64,000 nucleotides of DNA. Source: Macrostomum lignano. Taxonomy: Eukaryota. The notes under the pieces were generated by a model. The model did no database searches. It was given only the letters and a program-made list of their open reading frames with translations, and was not told where the DNA came from. Within the stretch, counting starts at the first letter, position 1. Each line of letters starts with the position of its first letter. Position numbers and translations under genes: made by a program. Where the stretch lies: contig NIVC01000268.1 in the NCBI GenBank assembly GCA_002269645.1, positions 469,647 through 533,646 on the forward strand, in the 5' to 3' direction. Below are positions 27,776-40,389 of the stretch, piece after piece.

Positions 27776-28304
27776 CAGACGTTCGACAATTGCAAAGATT
27801 TAAACACAAGACTCGGTCAATGTTACTGTTACTGTTGAAGGCACTGAAAGCCATCAGTGATCAGTTTAATTGTACGCTCGTAGGTGAGGCAGCTGGATCG
27901 ATTGTGTTTGCCAAAATTTTAGTCACTTTTGCCAAAAGTGAAGATTGAAACGGTATAATATTTTCTTTTATCAATTAACACACGATGAAAGCAGTCATTT
28001 GCGTCATTTCGATTCTCCGCTTTCATGTCGGGTGTATAAATAGCTCGTATATATAGTGTTTTTGCAGTCTAGTTGGAACTTTTTAACGACTCAAATGTCA
28101 AACGACTGTCATGCGACGAAGAGGCGACTGTTGTGTCACGAGCGCGTCACGTGAGTTGTAGAACCTCAAAGAGTCACGAAAAAGTCGTCAATATCTCTTT
28201 AACCTTCTATTCATTCAAGTAGATTTACTAGAGTTGTTATAAATGCGAAATGCTACTTTAAATGCTACAGAAGATAGGATTTGAGCCATAGACTAATAAT
28301 AATT

Positions 28305-28504
28305 TGAAGGCTGCGTACGGCTGTTCAGTCGAATGACTGGGGGGTCGCCACACACAGCCTCAGTTACCCCAGCTAATGCTGGCACCCATTTCACAGATGA
28401 GTGAACTGAAGCAATGCAGAGTTAAGTGTCTTGTCCAAGGAGACAATTGTTTCGAGTGGATCGAGAAAAGAACCCAAAGTCCGACGCTCTAACCACTAGG
28501 CTAC
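28305..28504 (-). mobile_element. tRNA-derived CORE-like SINE, copy 2 (shortened head, 3' truncated)
   Basis: The reverse complement shares long blocks with 11180-11400 (ACAAGACACTTAACTCTGCATTGCTTCAGTTCAC; CAGCATTAGCTGGGGTAA; GACTGAACAGCCGTACGCAGCCTTCA). Confidence 0.88.
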
Positions 28505-29074
28505 AACCCTCTTTAGAAATAAGTAGCATATGACGTTAGTAGTGAGTATGCAGAAGGCTACAAAATGTCTGTTCTAGCCCTATATTTTCATCTGCAAATT
28601 CAACTTACAAAGCGTTTTCAAAATTCGCATAATGTTTTCCATGGTGCTGCAGTTGTTCTGCTTTAAACAAAGCAAAACTAGCAAATAGCATTTAGTGTGT
28701 CTAATTACTTTTCGACCGCAGCCTGACATCTGATCTATTTTGAGCTCTCGCAGTAAAACTGTAACATCCGTTTTGACTTTTTTTATCGTCTTAGTGCTAC
28801 GAATCAGTAAAGAGCAAGCATTGAGCACAGGTTTGAGTATATTAGAGAATGAAATTCAGTATGCCAGACTGGCTTATCTGCATTCCTGTTTCATATTGTA
28901 CATAAACTGCTATTTTATCTTCAATAAATCTTTTATGGTCAAATATATCTATATGCTTCTATTTTAATTTGCATTTGGAACTTCGCTTATTTAAAAAAAG
29001 TCGTCTTTTTAGGCTTTGATGCAGTTAAAACTGCCACATGCAGTTCAGTCCCTGAGGTCCAATTGCCTCTGACT

Positions 29075-29882
29075 TTCTCCCATCTGACTCTACCATTGAC
29101 TCTAGTTGTCTCTAACATTGACTCTACCATTGACTTTGCTTGTCTCTAACATTGACTCTACCTGTCTCTCATCTGACTCTACCTAGACTCTAGTTGTCTC
29201 TAACATTGACTCTACCATTGACTTTGCTTGTCTCTAACATTGACTCTACCTGTCTCTCATCTGACCCTACCTAGACTCTAGTTGTCTCTAACATTGACTC
29301 TACCATTGACTTTGCTTGTCTCTAACATTGACTCTACCATTGACTTTGCTTGTCTCTAACATTGACTCTACCTGTCTCTCATCTGACTCTACAATTGACT
29401 CTACCTGTCTCCCATCTGACTCTACCATTGACTCTACCTGTCTCTCATCTGACTCTACCATTGACTCTACCTGTCTCTCATCTGACTCTACCATTAACTC
29501 TACCTGTCTCCCATCTGTCTCTACCATTAACTCTACCTGTCTCCCATCTGTCTCTACCATTGACTCTACCTGTCTCCCATCTGACTCTACCATTGACTCT
29601 ACCTGTCTCCCATCTGACTCTACCATTAACTCTACCTGTCTCCCATCTGTCTCTACCATTGACTCTACCTGTCTCCCATCTGTCTCTACCATCAACTCTA
29701 CCTGTCTCCCATCTGTCTCTACCATTGACTCTACCTGTCTCCCATCTGTCTCTACCATTGACTCTACCTGTCTCCCATCTGTCTCTACCATTGACTCTAC
29801 CTGTCTCCCATCTGTCTCTACCATTGACTCTACCTGTCTCCCATCTGTCTCTACCTGTCCACCTCCCCACCTAGACTCTACT
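29075..29882. repeat. 33-bp minisatellite upstream of the BTB gene start codon
   Basis: Unit ATTGACTCTACCTGTCTCCCATCTGTCTCTACC; it generates the repetitive ORFs at 29300-29957. Confidence 0.95.
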
Positions 29883-30149
29883 AGTCTGTCACGCTTATCT
29901 GACTTTCTTAGCATTATGTTTCTGTTTACCCACTATTCTAAAAATAGCATTGGATAATGACGCACCAGCCATTCGGACTGATAGCCAAATAAATTCAAAT
30001 TATTTTTCACACTCGTTTTTTTTTCAGCCAACCCCAGCCCTCCTGCTAGACCGCACTCGCTAGTATGACTGCTTGTTGGTCATAAGGATTTAATTAATAA
30101 GGTTTTCATTTAACTAATTAGTAGACTAAACTGAGCATTGCTAAATGCC

Positions 30150-30418
30150 ATGGCAACCGGCGGTCGGGATCAAGACGACGACAACTCGGAGCGGTCCTCG
30201 CCGCCCGCCATCATTGACAATCCCGGTGCCTCGTTTCAACTGAGCAACGGAGCTTCGGCTCACCGAAGGCCAGTCGATTTCGACGATCCAGACGATGAGG
30301 ACAGCGCCGACAGCGCCAGCCGGGATAGGGAGGCTGCAACACAGAGGCGCTATCGATTTGTTGAGCCGTCTGATTCTGAGTTTAGCGACTCTGAACGGCT
30401 CAGGCCTAGTCTGAAGAG
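30150..30418 (+). CDS. BTBD10/KCTD20: BTB/POZ protein BTBD10/KCTD20-like, exon 1
   Basis: MATGGRDQ..., donor AG|GTTAGA. Model 30150-30418, 31526-31778, 33578-34189, 39108-39311, 40390-40761, about 569 aa, phases consistent. Exons 1-2 are low-complexity and supported by splice logic rather than homology. Confidence 0.7.
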
Positions 30419-30469
30419 GTTAGAGATTTGTATTCATGTTCTACATATACAAGACATTAAATATGTACA

Positions 30470-31450
30470 ATTATAGGCTGAGATTTGTAGATAATATGTA
30501 CAGTTATAAGCTGAGACTTGTAGATAGTGCGTAAAATTATAACTAAGGCTTGTAGGACGTGTAAATTTATAGGCTCTGAATGTATATTTATAGGCGGGAG
30601 ATTTGTAGAATGTGTACATTTGTAGGCTGATATTTGTAAAATGTGTACATTTGTAGAATGTGTACATTTGTAGGCTGATATTTGTAAAATGTGTACATTT
30701 GTAGAATGTGTACATTTGTAGGCTGATATTTGTAGAATGTGTACATTTGTAGAATGTGTACATTTGTAGGCTGATATTTGTAGAATGTGTACATTTGTAG
30801 GCTGATAGTTGTAGAATGTGTACATTTGTAGTCTGATATTTGTAGAATGTGTACATTTGTAGGCTGATATTTGTAGAATGTGTACATTTGTAGTCTGAGA
30901 TTTGTAGAATGTGTACATTTGTAGGCTGATATTTGTAGAATGTGTACATTTGTAGGCTGATATTTGTAGAATGTGTACATTTGTAAGCTGAGATTTGTAG
31001 AATGTGTACATTTGTAGTCTGATATTTGTAGAATGTGTACATTTGTAGGCTGAGATTTGTAGAATGTGTACATTTGTAGTCTGATATTTGTAGAATGTGT
31101 ACATTTGTAGGCTGATATTTGTAGAATGTGTACATTTGTAGGCTGAGATTTGTAGAATGTGTACATTTGTAGGTTGAAATATTTGTAGTATGTGTACATT
31201 CGTAGGCTGATATTTGTAGAATGTGTACATTTGTAGACTGATATTTGTAGAATGTGTACATTTGTAGGCTGAGATTTGTAGAATGTGTACATTTGTAGGT
31301 TGAAATTTTTGTAGTATGTGTACATTCGTAGGCTGATATTTGTAAAATGTGTACATTTGTAGGCTGATATTTGTAGAATGTGTACATTTGTAGGCTGATA
31401 TTTGTAGAATGTGTACATTTGTAGGCTGATATTTGAAGAATGTGTACATT
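30470..31450. repeat. 31-bp minisatellite filling intron 1 of the BTB gene
   Basis: Unit TTTGTAGAATGTGTACATTTGTAGGCTGATA (17+14 substructure). Confidence 0.97.
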
Positions 31451-31525
31451 TATAGTACGTACTGTGTACCTACACCTCTGTACACCTTCGCTCCTTCACC
31501 TGTCAACCATTAAAAAACCACGCAG

Positions 31526-31778
31526 TCGCAGTCCCAGTCCGCCAGTCCGCCGACGCAAGCCCTGTTTAGTTCAGCGCAGCTTCGATTCCGACGCCGAATT
31601 CTGGGTTGCCAGTAGTAACGGCATCGGCGGGGCGACGTCGAGTGTCGCCGACTCTTCGTCAAGGCCGCCTTCGGCGTTAAAAAACAGCAGCGGCGGCTGG
31701 AGAAGGCGGGACAGCGACGGTGCGTCGGTTGAGCGGCGACAAAGTCGGCGACAGTCCGAGGAGAATGGCGGGATTGAG
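31526..31778 (+). CDS. BTBD10/KCTD20: BTBD10/KCTD20-like, exon 2
   Basis: Acceptor cacgcag|T, Ser/Arg-rich, donor GAG|GTGACT; phase 2 to 0. Confidence 0.72.
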
Positions 31779-31782
31779 GTGA

Positions 31783-33383
31783 CTAGTATGGCAAGAATGA
31801 AGGGTCTAGTATTGGAAGAATGAAGGGTCTAGTATGGCAAGAATGAAGGGTCTAGTATGGCAAGAATGAAGGGTCTAGTATGGCAAGAATGAAGGGTCTA
31901 GTATGGCAAGAATGAAGGGTCTAGTATGGGAAGAATGAAGGGTCTAGTATGGGAAGAATGAAGGGTCTAGTATGGGAAGAATGAAGGGTCTAGTATGGCA
32001 AGAATGAAGGGTCTAGTATGGCAAGAATGAAGGGTCTAGTATGGCAAGAATGAAGGGTCTAGTATGGCAAGAATGAAGGGTCTAGTATGGCAAGAATGAA
32101 GGGTCTAGTATTGGAAGAATGAAGGGTCTAGTATGGCAAGAATGAAGGGTCTAGTATGGGAAGAATGAAGGGTCTAGTATTGGAAGAATGAAGGGTCTAG
32201 TATGGGAAGAATGAAGGGTCTAGTATTGGAAGAATGAAGGGTCTAGTATGGGAAGAATGAAGGGTCTAGTATGGCAAGAATGAAGGGTCTAGTATGGGAA
32301 GAATGAAGGGTCTAGTATGGCAAGAATGAAGGGTCTAGTATGGCAAGAATGAAGGGTCTAGTATTGGAAGAATGAAGGGTCTAGTATGGCAAGAATGAAG
32401 GGTCTAGTATGGCAAGAATGAAGGGTCTAGTATGGCAAGAATGAAGGGTCTAGTATGGCAAGAATGAAGGGTCTAGTATGGCAAGAATGAAGGGTCTAGT
32501 ATGGCAAGAATGAAGGGTCTAGTATGGGAAGAATGAAGGGTCTAGTATGGCAAGAATGAAGGGTCTAGTATGGCAAGAATGAAGGGTCTAGTATTGGAAG
32601 AATGAAGGGTCTAGTATGGGAAGAATGAAGGGTCTAGTATTGGAAGAATGAAGGGTCTAGTATGGGAAGAATGAAGGGTCTAGTATGGCAAGAATGAAGG
32701 GTCTAGTATGGGAAGAATGAAGGGTCTAGTATTGGAAGAATGAAGGGTCTAGTATGGGAAGAATGAAGGGTCTAGTATGGCAAGAATGAAGGGTCTAGTA
32801 TGGGAAGAATGAAGGGTCTAGTATGGGAAGAATGAAGGGTCTAGTATGGCAAGAATGAAGGGTCTAGTATGGGAAGAATGAAGGGTCTAGTATGGGAAGA
32901 ATGAAGGGTCTAGTATGGCAAGAATGAAGGGTCTAGTATGGCAAGAATGAAGGGTCTAGTATGGGAAGAATGAAGGGTCTAGTATGGGAAGAATGAAGGG
33001 TCTAGTATGGCAAGAATGAAGGGTCTAGTATGGCAAGAATGAAGGGTCTAGTATGGCAAGAATGAAGGGTCTAGTATGGGAAGAATGAAGGGTCTAGTAT
33101 GGCAAGAATGAAGGGTCTAGTATGGCAAGAATGAAGGGTCTAGTATTGGAAGAATGAAGGGTCTAGTATGGGAAGAATGAAGGGTCTAGTATGGCAAGAA
33201 TGAAGGGTCTAGTATGGCAAGAATGAAGGGTCTAGTATGGCAAGAATGAAGGGTCTAGTATGGCAAGAATGAAGGGTCTAGTATGGGAAGAATGAAGGGT
33301 CTAGTATGGGAAGAATGAAGGGTCTAGTATGGCAAGAATGAAGGGTCTAGTATGGGAAAAATGAAGGGTCTAGTATTGGAAGA
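31783..33383. repeat. 23-bp minisatellite filling intron 2 of the BTB gene
   Basis: Unit CTAGTATGGCAAGAATGAAGGGT with GGG/TTGG variants, about 70 copies. Confidence 0.98.
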
Positions 33384-33577
33384 GTGCAGGTTCAAGAAAC
33401 GAGACGGGTGAATCCATATGTATGAAGAATAATGAATGATTTTGAGAGGAGCATTACACAGGACTGAAAGGATTTGAATTTAATAAAGAAATTAGTCAAG
33501 CAGTTATTATTAACATGCATATTTAATAGAATTTCCATCTAATGCCCCATTTCTCCCTATTCTCCCTTATCCCCCAG

Positions 33578-34189
33578 CTAATCGGATCCATCCGGCCATC
33601 GGACCTGACCGCCAGCAGCAGCAATGGCGGTTGCGCACCTCGCCGCATTGTGAACATCACCCTGTCCGACGGCTCCCGGTTCGCTGCCGATCCCAATTAT
33701 TTTAGACGCTATCCTAATAGCCTATTGGGTAGGTTAGCCAATTCAGAATCCTCGACTTCATCAACCGAAGCGGCAGCTAATCAGCAGGAATGGTGTCATC
33801 TACCCGACGGTGTCACACTGGACGCCTTCCGAGCTCTGCTGGGTCTCTACTCTGACCAAGCTAAAGTACGTTGGCGACCGTATACAGCCACTACCTCGAC
33901 GGCTACGGCTACGGAGTCTAGGCGATCGTCGGATGCTACTACGGCTACGAGCATTGCCGCTGCTGCGGCTGTTGCTTCAGTGGCTGCTGCAGCAGCAGCC
34001 GCCTCATCGTCTGCCGTCACCTCAGTGTGCACCTCGGCTCCGTCGCCTGCGGAACTCCGCCTAGCCTGCCGCCTGCTTGACCTGCCATTCGCTCCCGATG
34101 CTATGCGAGGATGTCCGGATTTGCGCGGATTATTGCACGAGATTAGCAACGACGGGGCTAGGGAGAGATTCTCCTCGTTCCTGGAGGAG
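33578..34189 (+). CDS. BTBD10/KCTD20: BTBD10/KCTD20-like, exon 3 (BTB domain)
   Basis: SRFAADPNYFRRYPNSLLGRL...LPDGVTLDAFRALLGLY...CPDLRGLLHEISNDGARERFSSFLEE. Confidence 0.92.
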
Positions 34190-34420
34190 GTTCGTTGCTG
34201 GGATGAGAGTGTGTGCTGGTTTATTGAGATTTTTCAAATAAACGGTTTTACCGTCTCAACCCCTTCTCTCATCCCCTGGATCGCTAAGAGTCATTGGAAG
34301 CAACTCACTAGTGATTCTAGCGACTCTTAACTTTTTAACGAATCAAACAACGACTACAATGCGATGGAGAGGCGACTGTTAAGTCGCGAGCGCATTCTTT
34401 GAGTTGCTGAATCGTAATAA

Positions 34421-37400
34421 TCGCTTCGATGGTAGCACGGATGGTCGCAGAGATGGTCAGGGAGGATTGTCGCTTCGATGGTAGCACGGATGGTCGCAGG
34501 GATGGTCAGGGAGGATTGTCGCTTCGATGGTAGCACGGATGGTCGCAGGGATGGTCAGGGAGGATTGTCGCTTCGATGGTAGCACAAATGGTCGCAGGGA
34601 TGGTCATTGGTCAGGGAGGATGGTCGCTTCGATGGTAGCACGGATGGTCGCAGGGATGGTCAGGGAGGATTGTCGCTTCGATGGTAGCACAGATGGTTGC
34701 AGGGATGGTCAGGGAGGATGGTCGCTTCGATGGTAGCACGGATGGTTGCAGGGATGGTCATTGGTCAGGAAGGATTGTCGCTTCGATGGTAGCACGGATG
34801 GTCAGGGAGGATGGTCGCTTCGATGGTAGCACGGATGGTCGCAGGGATGGTCAGGGAGGATGGTCGCTTCGATGGTAGCACGGATGGTCGCAGGGATGGT
34901 CAGGGAGGATTGTCGCTTCGATGGTAGCACAGATGGTCGCAGGGATGGTCAGGGAGGATGGTCGCTTCGATGGTAGCACGGATGGTCGCAGGGATGGTCA
35001 TTGGTCAGGGAGGATGGTCGCTTCGATGGTAGCACAGATGGTCGCAGGGATGGTCAGGGAGGATGGTCGCTTCGATGGTAGCACGGATGGTCGCAGGGAT
35101 GGTCAGGGAGGATGGTCGCTTCGATGGTAGCACAGATGGTCGCAGGGATGGTCAGGGAGGATGGTCGCTTCGATGGTAGCACGGATGGTCGCAGAGATGG
35201 TCAGGGAGGATTGTCGCTTCGATGGTAGCACGGATGGTCAGGGAGGATTGTCGCTTCGATGGTAGCACAGATGGTCGCAGGGATGGTCAGGGAGGATGGT
35301 CGCTTCGATGGTAGCACGGATGGTCGCAGGGATGGTCAGGGAGGATGGTCGCTTCGATGGTAGCACGGATGGTCGCAGGGATGGTCATTGGTCAGGGAGG
35401 ATGGTCGCTTCGATGGTAGCACGGATGGTCGCAGGGATGGTCAGGGAGGATTGTCGCTTCGATGGTAGCACAGATGGTCGCAGGGATGGTCAGGGAGGAT
35501 GGTCGCTTCGATGGTAGCACGGATGGTTGCAGGGGTGGTCATTGGTCAGGAAGGATTGTCGCTTCGATGGTAGCACGGATGGTCAGGGAGGATTGTCGCT
35601 TCGATGGTAGCACGGATGGTCGCAGGGATGGTCAGGGAGGATGGTCGCTTCGATGGTAGCACGGATGGTCGCAGGGATGGTCAGGGAGGATTGTCGCTTC
35701 GATGGTAGCACGGATGGTCGCAGGGATGGTCAGGAAGGATGGTCGCTTCGATGGTAGCACGGATGGTCGCAGGGATGGTCAGGGAGGATTGTCGCTTCGA
35801 TGGTAGCACAGATGGTCGCAGGGATGGTCAGGGAGGATTGTCGCTTCGATGGTAGCACGGATGGTTGCAGGGATGGTCATTGGTCAGGAAGGATTGTCGC
35901 TTCGATGGTAGCACGGATGGTCGCAGGGATGGTCAGGGAGGATGGTCGCTTCGATGGTAGCACGGATGGTCGCAGGGATGGTCAGTGAGGATTTTCGCTT
36001 CGATGGTAGCACGGATGGTCGCAGGGATGGTCAGGGAGGATGGTCGCTTCGATGGTAGCACGGATGGTCAGGGGGGATGGTCGCTTCGATGGTAGCACGA
36101 ATGGTCGCAGGGATGGTCAGGGAGGATGGTCGCTTCGATGGTAGCACGGATGGTCGCAGGGATGGTCAGGGAGGATGGTCGCTTCGATGGTAGCACGGAT
36201 GGTCAGGGAGGATGGTCGCTTCGATGGTAGCACGGATGGTCGCAGGGATGGTCAGGGAGGATGGTCGCTTCGATGGTAGCACGGATGGTCGCAGAGATGG
36301 TCAGGGAGGATTGTCGCTTCGATGGTAGCACGGATGGTCAGGGAGGATTGTCGCTTCGATGGTAGCACAGATGGTCGCAGGGATGGTCAGGGAGGATTGT
36401 CGCTTCGATGGTAGCACGGATGGTCGCAGGGATGGTCAGGGAGGATGGTCGCTTCGATGGTAGCACGGATGGTCGCAGGGATGGTCAGGGAGGATTGTCG
36501 CTTCGATGGTAGCACAGATGGTCGCAGGGATGGTCAGGGAGGATGGTCGCTTCGATGGTAGCACGGATGGTCGCAGGGATGGTCAGGGAGGATGGTCGCT
36601 TCGATGGTAGCACGGATGGTCGCAGGGATGGTCATTGGTCAGGGAGGATGGTCGCTTCGATGGTAGCACGGATGGTCGCAGGGATGGTCAGGGAGGATTG
36701 TCGCTTCGATGGTAGCACAGATGGTCGCAGGGATGGTCAGGGAGGATGGTCGCTTCGATGGTAGCACGGATGGTTGCAGGGATGGTCATTGGTCAGGAAG
36801 GATTGTCGCTTCGATGGTAGCACGGATGGTCAGGGAGGATTGTCGCTTCGATGGTAGCACGGATGGTCGCAGGGATGGTCAGGGAGGATGGTCGCTTCGA
36901 TGGTAGCACGGATGGTCGCAGGGATGGTCAGGGAGGATTGTCGCTTCGATGGTAGCACGGATGGTCGCAGGGATGGTCAGGGAGGATGGTCGCTTCGATG
37001 GTAGCACGGATGGTCGCAGGGATGGTCAGGGAGGATTGTCGCTTCGATGGTAGCACAGATGGTCGCAGGGATGGTCAGGGAGGATTGTCGCTTCGATGGT
37101 AGCACGGATGGTTGCAGGGATGGTCATTGGTCAGGAAGGATTGTCGCTTCGATGGTAGCACGGATGGTCGCAGGGATGGTCAGGGAGGATGGTCGCAGGG
37201 ATGGTCAGGGAGGATGGTCGCTTCGATGGTAGCACGGATGGTCGCAGGGATGGTCAGTGAGGATTTTCGCTTCGATGGTAGCACGGATGGTCGCAGGGAT
37301 GGTCAGGGAGGATGGTCGCTTCGATGGTAGCACGGATGGTCAGGGGGGATGGTCGCTTCGATGGTAGCACGAATGGTCGCAGGGATGGTCAGGGAGGATG

Positions 37401-38752
37401 GTCGCTTCGATGGTAGCACGGATGGTCGCAGGGATGGTCAGGGAGGATGGTCGCTTCGATGGTAGCACGGATGGTCAGGGAGGATGGTCGCTTCGATGGT
37501 AGCACGGATGGTCGCAGGGATGGTCAGGGAGGATGGTCGCTTCGATGGTAGCACGGATGGTCGCAGAGATGGTCAGGGAGGATTGTCGCTTCGATGGTAG
37601 CACGGATGGTCAGGGAGGATTGTCGCTTCGATGGTAGCACAGATGGTCGCAGGGATGGTCAGGGAGGATTGTCGCTTCGATGGTAGCACGGATGGTCGCA
37701 GGGATGGTCAGGGAGGATGGTCGCTTCGATGGTAGCACGGATGGTCGCAGGGATGGTCAGGGAGGATTGTCGCTTCGATGGTAGCACAGATGGTCGCAGG
37801 GATGGTCAGGGAGGATGGTCGCTTCGATGGTAGCACGGATGGTCGCAGGGATGGTCAGGGAGGATGGTCGCTTCGATGGTAGCACGGATGGTCGCAGGGA
37901 TGGTCATTGGTCAGGGAGGATGGTCGCTTCGATGGTAGCACGGATGGTCGCAGGGATGGTCAGGGAGGATTGTCGCTTCGATGGTAGCACAGATGGTCGC
38001 AGGGATGGTCAGGGAGGATGGTCGCTTCGATGGTAGCACGGATGGTTGCAGGGATGGTCATTGGTCAGGAAGGATTGTCGCTTCGATGGTAGCACGGATG
38101 GTCAGGGAGGATTGTCGCTTCGATGGTAGCACGGATAGTCGCAGGGATGGTCAGGGAGGATGGTCGCTTCGATGGTAGCACGGATGGTCGCAGGGATGGT
38201 CAGGGAGGATTGTCGCTTCGATGGTAGCACGGATGGTCGCAGGGATGGTCAGGGAGGATGGTCGCTTCGATGGTAGCACGGATGGTCGCAGGGATGGTCA
38301 GGGAGGATTGTCGCTTCGATGGTAGCACAGATGGTCGCAGGGATGGTCAGGGAGGATTGTCGCTTCGATGGTAGCACGGATGGTTGCAGGGATGGTCATT
38401 GGTCAGGAAGGATTGTCGCTTCGATGGTAGCACGGATGGTCGCAGGGATGGTCAGGGAGGATGGTCGCAGGGATGGTCAGGGAGGATGGTCGCTTCGATG
38501 GTAGCACGGATGGTCGCAGGGATGGTCAGTGAGGATTTTCGCTTCGATGGTAGCACGGATGGTCGCAGGGATGGTCAGGGAGGATGGTCGCTTCGATGGT
38601 AGCACGGATGGTCAGGGAGGATGGTCGCTTCGATGGTAGCACGGATGGTCAGGGAGGATGGTCGCTTCGATGGTAGCACGAATGGTCGCAGGGATGGTCA
38701 GGAAGGATGGTCGCTTCGATGGTAGCACGGATGGTCGCAGGGATGGTCAGGG
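34421..38752. repeat. About 49-bp minisatellite with higher-order structure, filling intron 3 of the BTB gene
   Basis: Unit GATGGTCGCTTC-GATGGTAGCACG-GATGGTCGCAGG-GATGGTCAGGGAG (four 12-13-bp GATGGT subunits), about 4.3 kb. Confidence 0.98.
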
Positions 38753-38762
38753 AAATAAAGTC

Positions 38763-38986
38763 GCAACTCAGTGATTCTAAAGCGACCTCTTTGACGACTT
38801 TTTTGGTGACCTGTGCCGTAAAATTGTCTCTAGAGTCACTCTTCAGAGTCCTCCAAAGTCACTACTTTTCTATTTTACCCGTGTTACCTGTAACGACTTT
38901 AGGGCGACGCAAGTGACTCTGGAGGGTTTTCATAATGACTCCGGGGCCGTGGAGGCGTGCTAGTTGCTATAGAGTCACTGAGTTGC
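38763..38986. mobile_element. MITE-like element abutting the intron 3 array
   Basis: 17-bp inverted repeat GCAACTCAGTGATTCTA / TAGAGTCACTGAGTTGC (1 mismatch). Confidence 0.55.
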
Positions 38987-39107
38987 TTTTACGTCCCTTC
39001 ATGATTAACAACCCGTACGGACCAGCCCCTAAGGCACAGAGACTGTATATGTTTGACTCTGTAAACTCTATTAACTTATTGTTGCCACTTTACTAATCAA
39101 TTCACAG

Positions 39108-39311
39108 GCCATCCTACCCCAGTTGGCATCGTGCGCACTCCGTGGCGAACGGGAATGCCAGCTAGTTGTATTGGCCGACGACGATGTAGTGGATTGGGAT
39201 CCGGATAATCCGCCACAGATGGTCGATTGGGATTTGGAACCGCTTATTGTGCGATCTACTGCTATGTGTAGATTTCTTAAATACGTTGAGAATAGAGACG
39301 TGGCTAAGCAG
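39108..39311 (+). CDS. BTBD10/KCTD20: BTBD10/KCTD20-like, exon 4
   Basis: AILPQLASCALRGERECQLVVLADDDVVDWDPDNPPQM...RFLKYVENRDVAKQ, close to KCTD20; donor CAG|GTGAGT. Confidence 0.95.
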
Positions 39312-39390
39312 GTGAGTTGAGTTTGTGCTGTCGCTTGGACTCATTATGTCAACTATCTAGTTCGTCTTTGGATAAAGGAGAGATAAAAGG

Positions 39391-40372
39391 GTGTCAGTCA
39401 CCTTTGCAGGGGAGGGGGTCAGTCACATTTGGAGGGGGGTCAGTCACTTTTGGAGGGGCTCAGTCACCTTTGGAGGGGAGGGGGGCCAGTCACCTTTGGA
39501 GGGGGGCGTCAGTCACCTTTGGAGGGGGGTCAGTCACCTTTGGAGGGGGGGGTCAGTCACCTTTGGAGGGGGGGGGGGTTCAGTCACCTTTGGAGGGGGT
39601 CAGTCACCTTTGGAGGGGGTCAGTCACCTTTGGAGGGGGTCAGTCACCTTTGGAGGGGGGTCAGTCACCTTTGGAGGGACTTAGCTGCAGGGCGGTCCGA
39701 AGACGCAGCGGGGAGGCGAGCGTCGCCCATTCCGCTAACCTTTGGAGGGAGTCAGTCACATTAATTTCTAGAGATTGGGGTCAGTCACATAATTTATAGA
39801 GATGGATGGGTCATTCACATTAAATTCTCGAGATTGGGATCAGTCACATCAATTTATAGGCATGGAGGGGTCAGTCACATCAATTCATAGGCATGAAGGG
39901 GTCAGTCACATCAATTTATAGGCATATAGGGGTCAGTCACATCAATTCATAGGCATGAAGGGGTCAGTCACATCAATTTATAGGCATATAGGGGTCAGTC
40001 ATCAATTTATAGGCATGGAGGGGTCAGTCACATCTGCCTGTAGAGATAAAATGCATATAGCTCTTTAGAGTGGGGTCACATCAGTCTATAGAGGAGTCAC
40101 ATCAGTCTATAGAGCAGTCACATCAGTCTATAGAGGGGTCACATCAGTCTATACAGGGTTCACATCGGTCTATAGAGAGGTCACATCAGTCTATAGAGGA
40201 GTCACATCCAGTCTATAGAGGAGTCACATTCAGTCTATACAGGGGTCACATCAGTCTATAGAGGGGATCACATCAGTCTATAGAGGGGGTCACATCAGTC
40301 TATAGAGGGGGTCACATCAGTCTATAGAGGGGGTCACATCAGTCTATAGAGGGGTCACATCAGTCTATAGAG
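39391..40372. repeat. Composite GTCAC-core minisatellites filling intron 4 of the BTB gene
   Basis: Three successive unit types: GGGGTCAGTCACCTTTGGAG, GGGGTCAGTCACATCAATTTATAGGCAT, GGGTCACATCAGTCTATAGAG. Confidence 0.95.
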
Positions 40373-40389
40373 AGCAAAATGACCTTCAG

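Noticed and set aside
31783-33383. Regular 23-49-bp arrays as possible CRISPR loci
   Set aside because: Head-to-tail repeats with no unique spacers, no cas genes, and a eukaryotic intron context.
29300-39799. Many long repetitive ORFs (29300-29957, 30434-31449, 34527-38916, 39317-39799)
   Set aside because: By-products of stop-free minisatellite frames inside or next to introns of the BTB gene.
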